Source: Catajapyx aquilonaris (taxonomy: Eukaryota). Taken from it: a DNA stretch of 57,947 bases. The notes under the pieces were generated by a model. The model worked only from the letters and a program-made list of their open reading frames with translations. It searched no databases and had not been told where the DNA came from. Below are positions 11,701 through 21,077 of the stretch, in pieces (the stretch's first letter is position 1; every line of letters starts with the position of its first letter). A program made the position numbers and the translations under genes. Where the stretch lies: assembly GCA_000934665.2 (NCBI GenBank), contig KZ538635.1, forward strand, positions 1 to 57,947, read 5' to 3'.

Positions 11701-12786
11701 GCCATTCTCAGAAAACCTGAGTTCTACCTGCACCGCAAGGAGGAGAGATGTGCTAGGCAGTTTGGGACCACCAGCAGTGACCATCCGTATGTCAAGGTAA
11801 GCATTACTGGCTTTATTTTGTGACGAAATGCCCCTCTACGATCGACACTTATTGTTGTTCCCCCCCAGATGGTTTATGAGAGCGGAGACTGGCTGGTTGG
11901 TGGAGATCTGGAGGTTCTTGATCGCATCCGCTGGAACGATGGCCTCGATGACTACCGCCTGACTCCTAACGAACTGCGTGCGAAATTCCGTGAGATGGGA
12001 GCGGACGCTGTGTTTGCCTTCCAGCTGCGCAACCCCATCCACAATGGGCATGCACTGCTGATGAGGGACACGAAACAGAGACTACTGGAGGAAAGGAGCT
12101 TCCAGAACCCAGTCCTCCTGCTTCATCCCCTCGGAGGCTGGACCAAAGATGACGACGTCCCGCTCCATATCAGAATAGAGCAGCACAAGGCGGTACTACA
12201 GGAAGGAATTCTTGATCCGGCATCAACAGTCCTCGCCATCTTTCCCTCGCCCATGATGTACGCAGGGCCTACCGAGGTGAGTGACACAATGGTCGTGTAA
12301 CTGTGGATATAAAACCTGCCTGTTTTAAAAGGTCCAATGGCATGCAAAAGCCCGTCTGAATGCTGGTGCCCAATTTTACATTGTGGGTCGTGACCCAGCT
12401 GGGATGCCCCACCCGGATGATCCCAGCCAGGACCTGTTTGAGCCCACTCATGGGGCCAAGGTCTTGCAGATGGCTCCCGGTCTCACAGGCCTTGAGATCA
12501 TTCCATTCCGAGTAGCTTCCTACAACAAGAGGGAGAGACAAATGACATTTTATGATCCGCAACGTAAAGACGACTTCGAGATGATTTCTGGTACCAAGAT
12601 GAGAGGTGATTATCTTGATTGCTGAAAAATAAAGTAATGAAAATTGTACTTGTTGTACAACAATGCTAATTCTACATTTCAGGATTGGCTCAGGCTGGTG
12701 CGGATCCACCCGACGGCTTCATGGCACCGAAGGCATGGAAAGTATTGGCTGATTATTACCAAGCGCAAACACATCACTTCAATTAA
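5736..12786 (+). CDS. Papss: Bifunctional 3'-phosphoadenosine 5'-phosphosulfate synthase (APS kinase + ATP sulfurylase), spliced gene, ~621-624 aa
   Basis: Exons 5736-5768 (or 8696-8737), 10196-10310, 10634-10899, 11029-11256, 11359-11796, 11869-12276, 12332-12605, 12683-12786. All introns GT..AG with matching phases. Motifs: P-loop [20 protein letters not shown]...[18 protein letters not shown] (HxGH), [32 protein letters not shown]. Confidence 0.97.
5995..6208. mobile_element. TA-flanked MITE (pogo/Tigger-like ends)
   Basis: TA|CTGTATTTGATG ... CGTCAAATACAG|TA, with internal duplicated cccaaaaattgcc and gcgtctta. Confidence 0.6.
8696..8737 (+). CDS. Papss: PAPSS candidate alternative first coding exon 1b ([14 protein letters not shown])
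   Basis: aaaATG, 14 codons, phase-0 donor CAG|gtatgg at 8738, in frame with the 10196 exon. Confidence 0.55.
10196..10310 (+). CDS. Papss: PAPSS exon 2
   Basis: tttcacag|[15 protein letters not shown]...GCTAWFTG|gtaatt, phase 1. Confidence 0.95.
10634..10899 (+). CDS. Papss: PAPSS exon 3 (APS kinase P-loop)
   Basis: tcctag|GLSGAGKT...LDGDNIR...DIHQ|gtgtgt. Confidence 0.96.
11029..11256 (+). CDS. Papss: PAPSS exon 4
   Basis: ttgcag|[15 protein letters not shown]...[11 protein letters not shown]...QEH|gtaagc. Confidence 0.96.
11359..11796 (+). CDS. Papss: PAPSS exon 5
   Basis: ttgtag|GIIPPS...[12 protein letters not shown]...HPYVK|gtaagc. Confidence 0.96.
11869..12276 (+). CDS. Papss: PAPSS exon 6 (ATP sulfurylase HxGH)
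   Basis: ccccag|MVYESGDW...[10 protein letters not shown]...YAGPTE|gtgagt. Confidence 0.96.
12332..12605 (+). CDS. Papss: PAPSS exon 7
   Basis: aaaag|VQWHAKAR...VGRDPAG...ISGTKMR G|gtgatt. Confidence 0.95.
12683..12786 (+). CDS. Papss: PAPSS last exon
   Basis: tttcag|[34 protein letters not shown]. Confidence 0.95.
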
Positions 12787-13851
12787 GGACGGAGGGATAA
12801 AGGGCCAAAAAAAAGTATATCAATGTAACTAACAGTTTATTTTTAAAAATTTGTTTTGTATTACCATGAATCTCTTGTCGCGTCAAGTCATAATTGTTAT
12901 GTTTTTAAAAACTAAAGTATACGCCTAGTTTACAGAGTTCACATCCACAAATGTTTATTTATGATCAGAGGTAAGTTCAGGTTTTTTCCAGACAGTAACT
13001 CGTTTCATTACAATCATTCCCAAGGGTCGTTTGTAAACACCATTGTTGCGTAGTAGTATTTGGCTAATTGAAACCAACGAGTTACAAGCTGGCATGAACC
13101 TTTGGCTTGCTCAGATTTATTATCACTGTCTTGTAACTACAATGTATTCTGGTTTGTATAAATGTGCGATGATAATCAGTGTTACTTGAGGTTTTTAAAT
13201 ATTTTACCCATGGTTAGTTATAGCACTTTTTTATTTTATCTCATTTCCAAGCGTAGAGAGAGGAATAACATCATAAAAAAAAGAAGAACGGAAAGAAACA
13301 TCAGTCAAGTGTAACCACACATAATCAGAAACAAGTTTTATTTTAACATGCTTAAATCTGTCCCCAAATATTTGACCATTTTTTAATGCCGAATAATTTC
13401 AGTCTTACCATTATTTAAACTTTTTTTTTCCTTCCCTAAACTCAACAGGCACCACAAGGAATGTTATATGTACACAAAAAGTTCTGAGGGGGGGACACCA
13501 TCAATTATTTCTTAAATGATGTTACACTTCAAGGCTGCACGTAGACAGTATTACTCTTCAATGAACACATTTAACTTTTTAATATGCATTTAAACAGTCG
13601 TCCACAGAGCTAAACGGGGGGTAGTTTATTCGTTCCCGACAGCTAATGAGCGTAAAGCGAGTTGATTCAGTGGCCAAGATTTTAATGTAAAGAACTCAAA
13701 AAAGTGAGGTGGGGATGGGCTTGGGATGGGGGGGACCAGTTAGTTCCACATTCCAGGGGAAATAGGATGCCAAAAAAACACAACACATACGGCAATGTCG
13801 CCAGGGAAATAAACATCGGGGAGAAAAAAAAACTTTTTTCCGACATTATAT

Positions 13852-14103
13852 CTAACTCCTGGAGGTGTCCATCGGGGACATGGTGCCTGAATTGGAACTA
13901 CGATCATCTGGCGAGGACGGGTTGGCAACTGTGACCATGGGAACCGCACCCTGATTGGATGGGTCAGTCATGGTGGGGATGTTCACAGACTGTGACTGGG
14001 GGGCAGAGCCAGGGTTGGGGCTGGTGGCATTGCCCACTGACACTGTCGGTATAGCTGGCTTTATAAAGCGCTCCTGGGAGCCACGCAGCATCCCTCGCTG
14101 GCC
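13852..14103 (-). CDS. CCDC6: CCDC6 last exon
   Basis: cttctttgtcctccag|[19 protein letters not shown]...MSPMDTSRS*. Confidence 0.85.
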   Translation of the reverse strand, partial: GQRGMLRGSQERFIKPAIPTVSVGNATSPNPGSAPQSQSVNIPTMTDPSNQGAVPMVTVANPSSPDDRSSNSGTMSPMDTSRS

Positions 14104-17100
14104 CTGGAGGACAAAGAAGTCGCATTAGTAAAACAGCACTAACTGCCTTCTGGAGTTTTCACCCCCCGAATATTCGACCCTTGACAATTTTGCCCCCGTT
14201 GAACAGAAATGAGCGGTTGGGACTGGGTGAACTTGCAGTGTTTGGAACGCCGTTGTCAAGGGAGACGTATCCTAGGTGAATCAAAAAAATAGTTCGAAAT
14301 GACGATCAATCGAACTCTCAAGCACAGTTAACTTTAACCACCGCGGCGTTGCCGATACTCCAACAACGAAAAGAGTTAATAAGATACTATCGAGCACTTG
14401 AAATTTGGCAAAGCCGCAATCGCGTTCATTGGCCTGCAGTGCCACAATACGGACAGTTAATGTTGCAGATACAAACCCACACTAACCCTATGTTTCCCGC
14501 TGGATTCTGCACTTTTTGGGTGGGGGTTTAAAAATAGTGCCCTAGGTGAGAACCCCTGGATCTGGCACCATTGATTTCGCTCTCGATTCATGCAAAAGAG
14601 GTGGCTGAACCGTAGGACACATAAAAGCGTACATTTCATCGAGAGAGAGAGAGAGCATGTACTGCTTCATAATATGCTATGCATCGGGGAGACGGAGTGG
14701 CGCCGCGGTAACGCGCGCGCCCACGGAAGTTAAGGTCCCGGGTTCAATCCCCACCCGGGGTTCCCACCTTCTTTCGTGCAGAGTTGGGCCATCTCTGGCT
14801 TCGTTTCGGGTGGCAATTTCCGATAGACTAAGCCACCCGGGGGAGTTCACAAAATGACGATTAGAGACATTGCACTTGCACTTTGCACATCCCCTCCCAC
14901 CCACCCTTGGAGTACACTAATTAAGATTTTCTTAAACTCGCTCCAAAAAATCAAATTCCAATGGTGGTAACCCACCCCCCCTAAGGAGTAGCATAACTCC
15001 CCCCGTGGGGTAATGAAAAAAAAAAAAAAAAAAAAAAAAATGCTATGCATGAGATGGTGATGTTATCCTATTGCGACATATAGGCGGTTTTTTAAGGCGG
15101 TATCCACCCCTCGGAATCATTTAGGGTCGAATGACCAAGATGAAAATATACAAAGGGGGTGAAACTGCGGGGATGAAAATTAATGGCCAGATACTGTATC
15201 AACTATTATGCAACCCTGTTGGAAAAAAATTCTGAATAAGTCTCACCACCATGGAAGGCACTGGTGGCGAAGTGGATGGCACGTAACCCCCAGGTGGAGG
15301 GTTGCAGGACTGTGCAGTGGAGGCAGGTGGATGGAAGACGGGCTGGCCACAAGCGTGGCACCTTCCCAAGGGACTCGGAGGGCTGAATGCGTCCCTGGTC
15401 ATCCCTCCAGGTCCACCTCCTCCACCCAAGGATGCTGCTGCGGCCGCCACAGCAGCATAGTGTAGACCAGGGCTCAGGGGCCGGGAGGAGGTGGGGGATG
15501 GGTTGTAAGGGATGGGAGAAGACACTGTGCGTGTGCGTACTCCCCCGCTGCCCCCTGTGCTGCTGCCGCTTCCTCCAGCCCCACTATTGCCTTGAAGGGC
15601 TAGCTCATTGTAGTGGCGCTCCTCTTCCATCTCCAAGCTGTGGAAAAAAGATGAAATAATCAACATTTTCAAGCAAAGAAAAAAAATGATCATGTCCAAA
15701 AAATACGTAGAGTAGATTAGCATGGTTCGAATTTAGCAAAATGTGTTGAAATGATTGTTCAAGTTCAATAACCGCGTATTTTTTGAAGACTTATATTTTG
15801 TGGGACAAAAGCATGCTTGAGTCGGTTAAATACTGGAAGCAGTCCGTCTAGAATTTTTACTCTAAAAGAGCCCTATGTTCAGAAAAATATGGTCTTGCAA
15901 AAAATCGCAGAGAAATAAACCGTACCTGGACTCAGATTCAGAGAGGTGCCTGCAGAGGGCTTCCCTCCGTTCGACTTCCAACTGAAGTTTGCGCTGGAGG
16001 CGTAGGTTCTCCTCGCGGATGTGCTTCTCCTCCAGGGCATACCGCTGCATCTTCTCCGTGTCTAGTAATAATGACCACCGCAAAAATTAATACAATGTTA
16101 AAGACGAGCAAGTTACGAAGTTCAATCCCATACAGTTAAGTATTGCGTCTACTTTGAAATTCAGTTGCAAAACAAAACGCGACTGGCAAAATTGTAATAT
16201 GAGACCAGCATGCGGCACTCCTTACGTTCTTGTTGGGCAATGGACAGTTGCGTCTTGAGTCGGGTCACTTCCCCCCTGAGGTTCTGCACATGGTTCGTCA
16301 GAGAGGCTGCCACGTCCCCATTGTTTACATCTCGAGGAGATGCAGGATCAGACACAGGCTGGTCCAGCTTTATCTGGAGCATTCTGGAAACAATGGATAA
16401 TTGTTAGAAATTACGCCATGTCATGCTGTCTGGGCAGGTTTGTCAACAAATACAATTATTGTGGCAACTATCCAGAGTGTGGTGTAATACGTTACGGAAT
16501 GTAAGAATTTACAGGTACAGAAACATCATGTTGACGCAAATATTACCAACTCAGCAATGAAAACCTGATGTTTGATCCACATCTGACCTTTTTTCGGCTT
16601 CCAACTTGTCCATCCTCTTCCACAGCTTGTTGACGAGAGCCTCCTGCTCCTGCTCCAGCGTGTTCTCCAGCTCCACCTTCTCCCTCCTGAGCTGCTCCAG
16701 GTTGGTCTGCTTGGCCACAGTCTCCGCCTCCAGCTTCTCAATCTTCCGCATCAGCTTGTTCACCAAGCACTCCTGCTCCTGCTCCAAGGTCTGCTCCAAC
16801 TTGCACTTCTCCTGGCGCAGCTGGTTCAACTTGCGGGACAAATCATTGGTCAAGCACTCCTCCTCCTGCTCGTAGTGGTGAGCCAGCGTCTCCTTCTCCT
16901 TCTTTAGCGCCTGGATCTTCTTCAGAAGCGTGTTGCTGATGTACTCCTCCTCCTGCTCAGCCTTCGCTTGCTGCGAGGAAGCAAATTAAAACATTATTAA
17001 AATGAATCTACATAAAAGGCTAAGTTTGTTGGTTTGTCCACATAGCAAATGGTTCTCCATGGCAACAGCAGTTTGTCCATAGCAACAACAGTTTCTTTCG

Positions 17101-17908
17101 TTCGTTATGACAATGGTTGTTTGTCCATGGCAACAGATTACCATGGAATCAATGTTGCTGATTACATTGCCATGGAAACATGCTGTGCGAAGAACAGGCT
17201 CCGCTGCTAGTGATAAAATAAGAACAACATAAAATAAAAATAATAAAAATCTAAAAATTAGACATTGAATTATTAAAAATACGACGAAAATAAATAAAAT
17301 GTAAATATGACAAAAACGTAAGAAAAATGTAAGTCAAAAAGTAGTTTCTTGAAAAGTATAAATAAAATATGACAACACCACCATCACAACATTTCCCTAT
17401 AAGAGGTAGTCAGTGATGAAGGGAGACGCAAGTTAACTCCATAAAATTACGAACTAAATTAAAACTTGTCAAAATAAAACTATGAACTACCAGTCCCACC
17501 CCCCAACCCTGCCCATCTCAGACAACGGACAGGGTGGCAGGTACCCCGAGCACCATATGACAATGTAAATAATTACATGGGACAAAAAAAATGGCAAAAA
17601 TAAAACGAATAAAGTGATGATAAAATGCATCAAAAAATAAGAAATGTGACAAGCGGCCCAACTGTGTGGTGCGGCGGGCCCCCCGTACTCACAATGGTGA
17701 CAGAGGCCTGCCTGAGCGCCCTGTTCTCCTCCTGCAGAGCCTTGACCCTGAGCTTGTATGTCTCCAGCTCCACTTTCAAGACCCTGTTCTGCTGCTGGAG
17801 TGACTCGATCCTCTTCTGCAGCTGCTCCCTGGAGATGGGCGAAGGGGGCATCATGATGGGAGCCCCGTCTATGGAGCTGGAGTCGCTCTCGCTCGCACTG
17901 TCCGCCAT
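13852..17908 (-). CDS. CCDC6: Coiled-coil domain-containing protein 6 (CCDC6/H4, DUF2046 family), 6 exons, 511 aa
   Basis: Exons 17908-17693, 16970-16588, 16383-16226, 16061-15926, 15637-15247, 14103-13852, with consistent phases (0,2,1,2,0). Signature sequences [73 protein letters not shown]. Confidence 0.96.
14685..15040 (+). mobile_element. Full-length tRNA-derived SINE with poly(A) tail and TSD, antisense in CCDC6 intron 5
   Basis: A-box TGGCGCCGCGGT, B-box GGTTCAATCCC, A25 tail at 15016-15040, TSD TGCTATGCAT at 14675-14684 and 15041-15050. Confidence 0.9.
15247..15637 (-). CDS. CCDC6: CCDC6 exon 5 (Ser/Pro/Gly-rich)
   Basis: ccacag|[12 protein letters not shown]...RTRTVSSP...VPSMV|gtgaga. 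Confidence 0.9.
15926..16061 (-). CDS. CCDC6: CCDC6 exon 4
   Basis: tactag|HTEKMQRY...LSESES S|gtacgg. Confidence 0.94.
16226..16383 (-). CDS. CCDC6: CCDC6 exon 3
   Basis: ttccag|[12 protein letters not shown]...AQQE H|gtaagg. Confidence 0.94.
16588..16970 (-). CDS. CCDC6: CCDC6 exon 2
   Basis: tcgcag|[10 protein letters not shown]...LEAEK R|gtcaga. Confidence 0.95.
17007..17210 (+). mobile_element. Mini non-autonomous Helitron-like element in CCDC6 intron 1; copy 2
   Basis: A|TC...CTAG|T termini, internal ccat(g/a)gcaac repeats, 3' gctgtgcgaagaacaggctccgctgctag. Confidence 0.65.
17693..17908 (-). CDS. CCDC6: CCDC6 exon 1
   Basis: MADSASESD...RQASVTI|gtgagt. Confidence 0.95.
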
Positions 17909-18249
17909 CTCTCTCTCTCTCTCTCTACCAATGCCGCTCAACGGGGACTCTGGGAGGTCACTGCCAGAAGATGTGACGGGGGACGTCCTTTATTCCGTCT
18001 CACAGAAGAAGAGACGACAGCCCTAAGCCTAGTGCACCACACACAGCTCTGGAGTCCTGGTGGGGGAAGGTGCCCAAGGTGGAGTGGTGGAGGGGGAGGA
18101 ATGGGGACCGGTAGCCTAGCTGCTGCCTTTGGGAAGGAGTCGCATAGCTGCTGGAGGAACATGTCGGAATGGAACAGTCCGTGGAACTAAGTTTACTGGG
18201 TTATTAAACCCCTTGGTAAGGTGTAAGAAGATGGGTTATTCACTTAAGG

Positions 18250-18535
18250 TACTTTAATTTGGGGGCTTAACGTCGGCCTATTTCTGCTGCTAAGGCTAAA
18301 CACCGACGCCAGGGGGTGGTCCTCTTGGCCACTCTGGGGATCTTTAACGTGCACTCGCGCAATGTCACAAGCACGCGGGATCGACGGCTTTACTTCTTCT
18401 CCGAAGGAAGGCGCACTCCCACTTTTCTACCACTCGGGGAAAAGTATCACCGACCTCGGCCGCGGGTTCGAACCCACAATAACTTTGGGACTAGGCGAGC
18501 GCGCTAACCACCAGTCCACCGGCGCGCGGCGGCGG
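18250..18535 (-). mobile_element. tRNA-derived SINE with Nin/Deu-domain-like core
   Basis: On -: A-box TGGACTGGTGGT, B-box GGTTCGAACCC, core CCTTCGGAGAAGAAGTAAAGCCG...GTGCACGTTAAAGATCCCCAG. Near-perfect TSD tattcacttaagg 18237-18249 / tattcactaagg 18536-18547. Confidence 0.8.
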
Positions 18536-18786
18536 TATTCACTAAGGCATTGTACACCTTCGACTCTTCGAGGGTTAGTCCGAGGGTAGTCCGGTAGTAC
18601 GTGTACGCAAAAAATGTAACAAGTGAATAACCTCTCGGTGTAAGGCAGCTCCCAGCAGGGTCTGGGTCTGGTATAAAATAATGCATCAAATGACGAGTGA
18701 TCTCAGGTGACACGGCGGATGGCCATCTGGGTGTAGGTGACACCTATAGTTTAATTTGTGTTAATTTGGTTCGCCATAGAACCATT

Positions 18787-18948
18787 AGAACAGCTCTATC
18801 AGTCTTCCCGTCCGTGGACAGGTATCATCGTCTAAACCGCGCAAGAGATATAGCGACAAACGATTTTCGGATTCGGATTCAGCGGACCCTAAATAGGTTT
18901 TATAGCCAACTTCCGGTTTGACAGCTTGACTCTATCCGTCAAGGTCAT
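18787..18948 (+). mobile_element. Same DINE/HINE-like repeat; copy 2
   Basis: ccgtccgtggacaggtat...ctaaaccg...agcgacaaacg...ttcggatt...aaataggttt...caacttccgg matches 1355-1530. Confidence 0.55.
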
Positions 18949-19196
18949 GTCTACTGGCGGGTGTCCTCTTGTGGTTTACTTGGCAACGGAAAATAAGACT
19001 GACACGTCATTCCATGTCGTTTGTTGTCCAATCTGCATTTCTTTGACAACGAGAAAAAGTATTCTCAAATCACGCCCCCATGATTTTCCAATGTTGTTTC
19101 CTGTAAGGTTGAATGTCCCCACGGGTCAGTGACCCTTCCGGCCGCGCTGCACCAGCTGAATAACCCTATGCTTTATTTAATATTGATTACTCTTAC

Positions 19197-19475
19197 CAGG
19201 GAGATATTGTGCTGATGGCATAAGCTTTTCTTTTTCTTAGTTTAGTTGTTGAAATTGTTGAAAGTAACTGTTTCTGTGACGTCAGTTTAACACAATCTGG
19301 CTCAGTGTGATACAGTATTCTAACAGTTACCTGCTATTTGACAGTAGCAAACGCTGCATAAAAAGCGGCTATATTAGTTTATAAGCTGCTTACAGGCATG
19401 TAAACAAGTGACGACGCATTGAAGCCAATTCGGGAGCCGACTGTGGCCGCCATATTGGAACTCCTGGCCAATCAC
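19197..19475. promoter_or_regulatory. Putative CCDC6 (possibly bidirectional) promoter and non-coding first exon
   Basis: Minus-strand donor CTG|GTAAGA at 19196, candidate acceptor gttcctccag at about 18151, TGACGTCA at 19277-19284, YY1-like GCCGCCATATT at 19446-19456, CCAAT at 19468. Confidence 0.4.
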
Positions 19476-20887
19476 GTTAAATGGATGGAGTCACACGACC
19501 ACCTTGTGTCCCAATATGAAGGGGTGTAAGCTAATTTGTATTATTAATTTAGTGAACAAGTTCATTAACAATGTGCACGTATTCAATTTAGAGCTACGTA
19601 TACAGTACAGTCAGTAATAATTAATGGTAATGCTTGCACACGGAACCGGAAATAGACAGTGTGCATCCAAAAATTGCGGCGCGTATATTTTTTTGTAACA
19701 GGTTTTTGATCAGTGCGCATTTAAATACGGTCATTAGGGTTTTATTTTTATCTAATTGCGTTTAATATGTTTCAGGTGCGTATAATGGGTCTAAGGCGTA
19801 ACAAAGGCAGGCTCTTCCATCAGCTTCATAAAGTACAGCCAGTCAACAAAAGGTAAGAATACGTCACTGATTTAAACTGAATTGATTTTTCAAAAAATTC
19901 GGATCAAAAATTTGATACAATTATTATTGAGGTTATAATGCACAGCACTTTGTAAGCATACATCGCATACACACAAGCTCTTGATACACATAAATGAAAA
20001 AAGTAACTGGCGCAGATACTGCAAGCCGCAAGGTAATCTACCTTCTATCGGTTACCGGTATATTTGAAGATTCCAGAAAAGTCGAGGACCTGCCTATAAT
20101 CGATTGTCGACCCTCGCGCATTTTATTACAACTTGAGCAAATTAGGTAATGGATATTACGCCACGTGAAATTTCAAAGGTTATTGAGTGCAGTATTACTG
20201 GAGCACCTGGAGAGCTGGATAAGCAACTTTTTATCAAATATTTCTGAACAACCTACAGTTCAATTAACACCTGACTACGTGTGTTGGTGTCATCTGTATG
20301 GCGATTGAGTGACCGCGTTCCAGCCTTATGGCCCTGCCAGACACGGTCCGTCGCACTGCCCGATGGTGACTCAGATTTCAATGCTTAAAAGTAACGTAGT
20401 ATGATTTGATTCCTATCCCAGTGCATGTTGTTCATATCTAAATTACCCTTTGTGATTAGCAGGCTTAGATGACACTGAATCCTCCGAACTACCCATTAAA
20501 GAAAATCGCATCAGGGTTATCAATCTGTTGATGAGCACCTGATTGACCCCTACCTGATTGCAACGCGCAATTTTCCATTTATTCTCGCAAATGAATTACG
20601 CCTCTACCTGACAATGCCAAACGCAGATGCACATTACATGTTACAGGTTTCCAATGCACTGATACCATATCGTAGTAATGGCACCGGATCATGTTAAGGC
20701 AGATAAAAACCAATCTCACCAGGGTGTAGTTTGAACATTTTTCATAACTGACATTCATCCCATTTGTAATTGTAATGACTTGTCATCCATTTTGCATGGC
20801 GTATTAGTCCATCCCAATGTGCTGTCAAACCCAAATCTGTTTTCTGCTTTGGACTTAGTGGGCTTGTTTCTATTTTATGCTGGACCT

Positions 20888-21077
20888 TGTGAGAGCCCGC
20901 CCCCTTCTGGTCATGTGATGTAGGCGGGGCATGCGCACTGCTTCTGGCTTTGGCCAGGGGAGAGTCAGTTGGTTATCAGAGTCTGGAGGAGTCTGTACTA
21001 AAGTGGCGACCTGGAAGGTCCAATAAACCAGTGTCCATGGAATGTTTTCTTGGTACAGCTAGCCCGGGGTTGTCACA
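20888..21077 (+). mobile_element. Solo LTR (190 bp), gypsy-type 4-bp TSD
   Basis: ACCT|TGTGA...TCACA|ACCT, internal TCAGTT and AATAAA (about 21022), GC-box-rich U3-like part. Confidence 0.75.

Noticed and set aside
10560..12709. Minus-strand ORFs over PAPSS, and plus-strand ORFs over CCDC6 (15208-18026)
   Set aside because: Antisense shadows of real exons with no independent motifs.
14685..14770. tRNA gene
   Set aside because: It has A/B boxes but no proper cloverleaf or terminator, and it continues into a SINE body with poly(A) tail and TSD.
17909..17941. N-terminal extension [11 protein letters not shown] of CCDC6
   Set aside because: It starts at TTG and translates an AG microsatellite; the conserved start is MADSASESD at 17908.
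18455..18535. tRNA gene on the minus strand
   Set aside because: It is the head of a SINE, and the acceptor stem does not pair.
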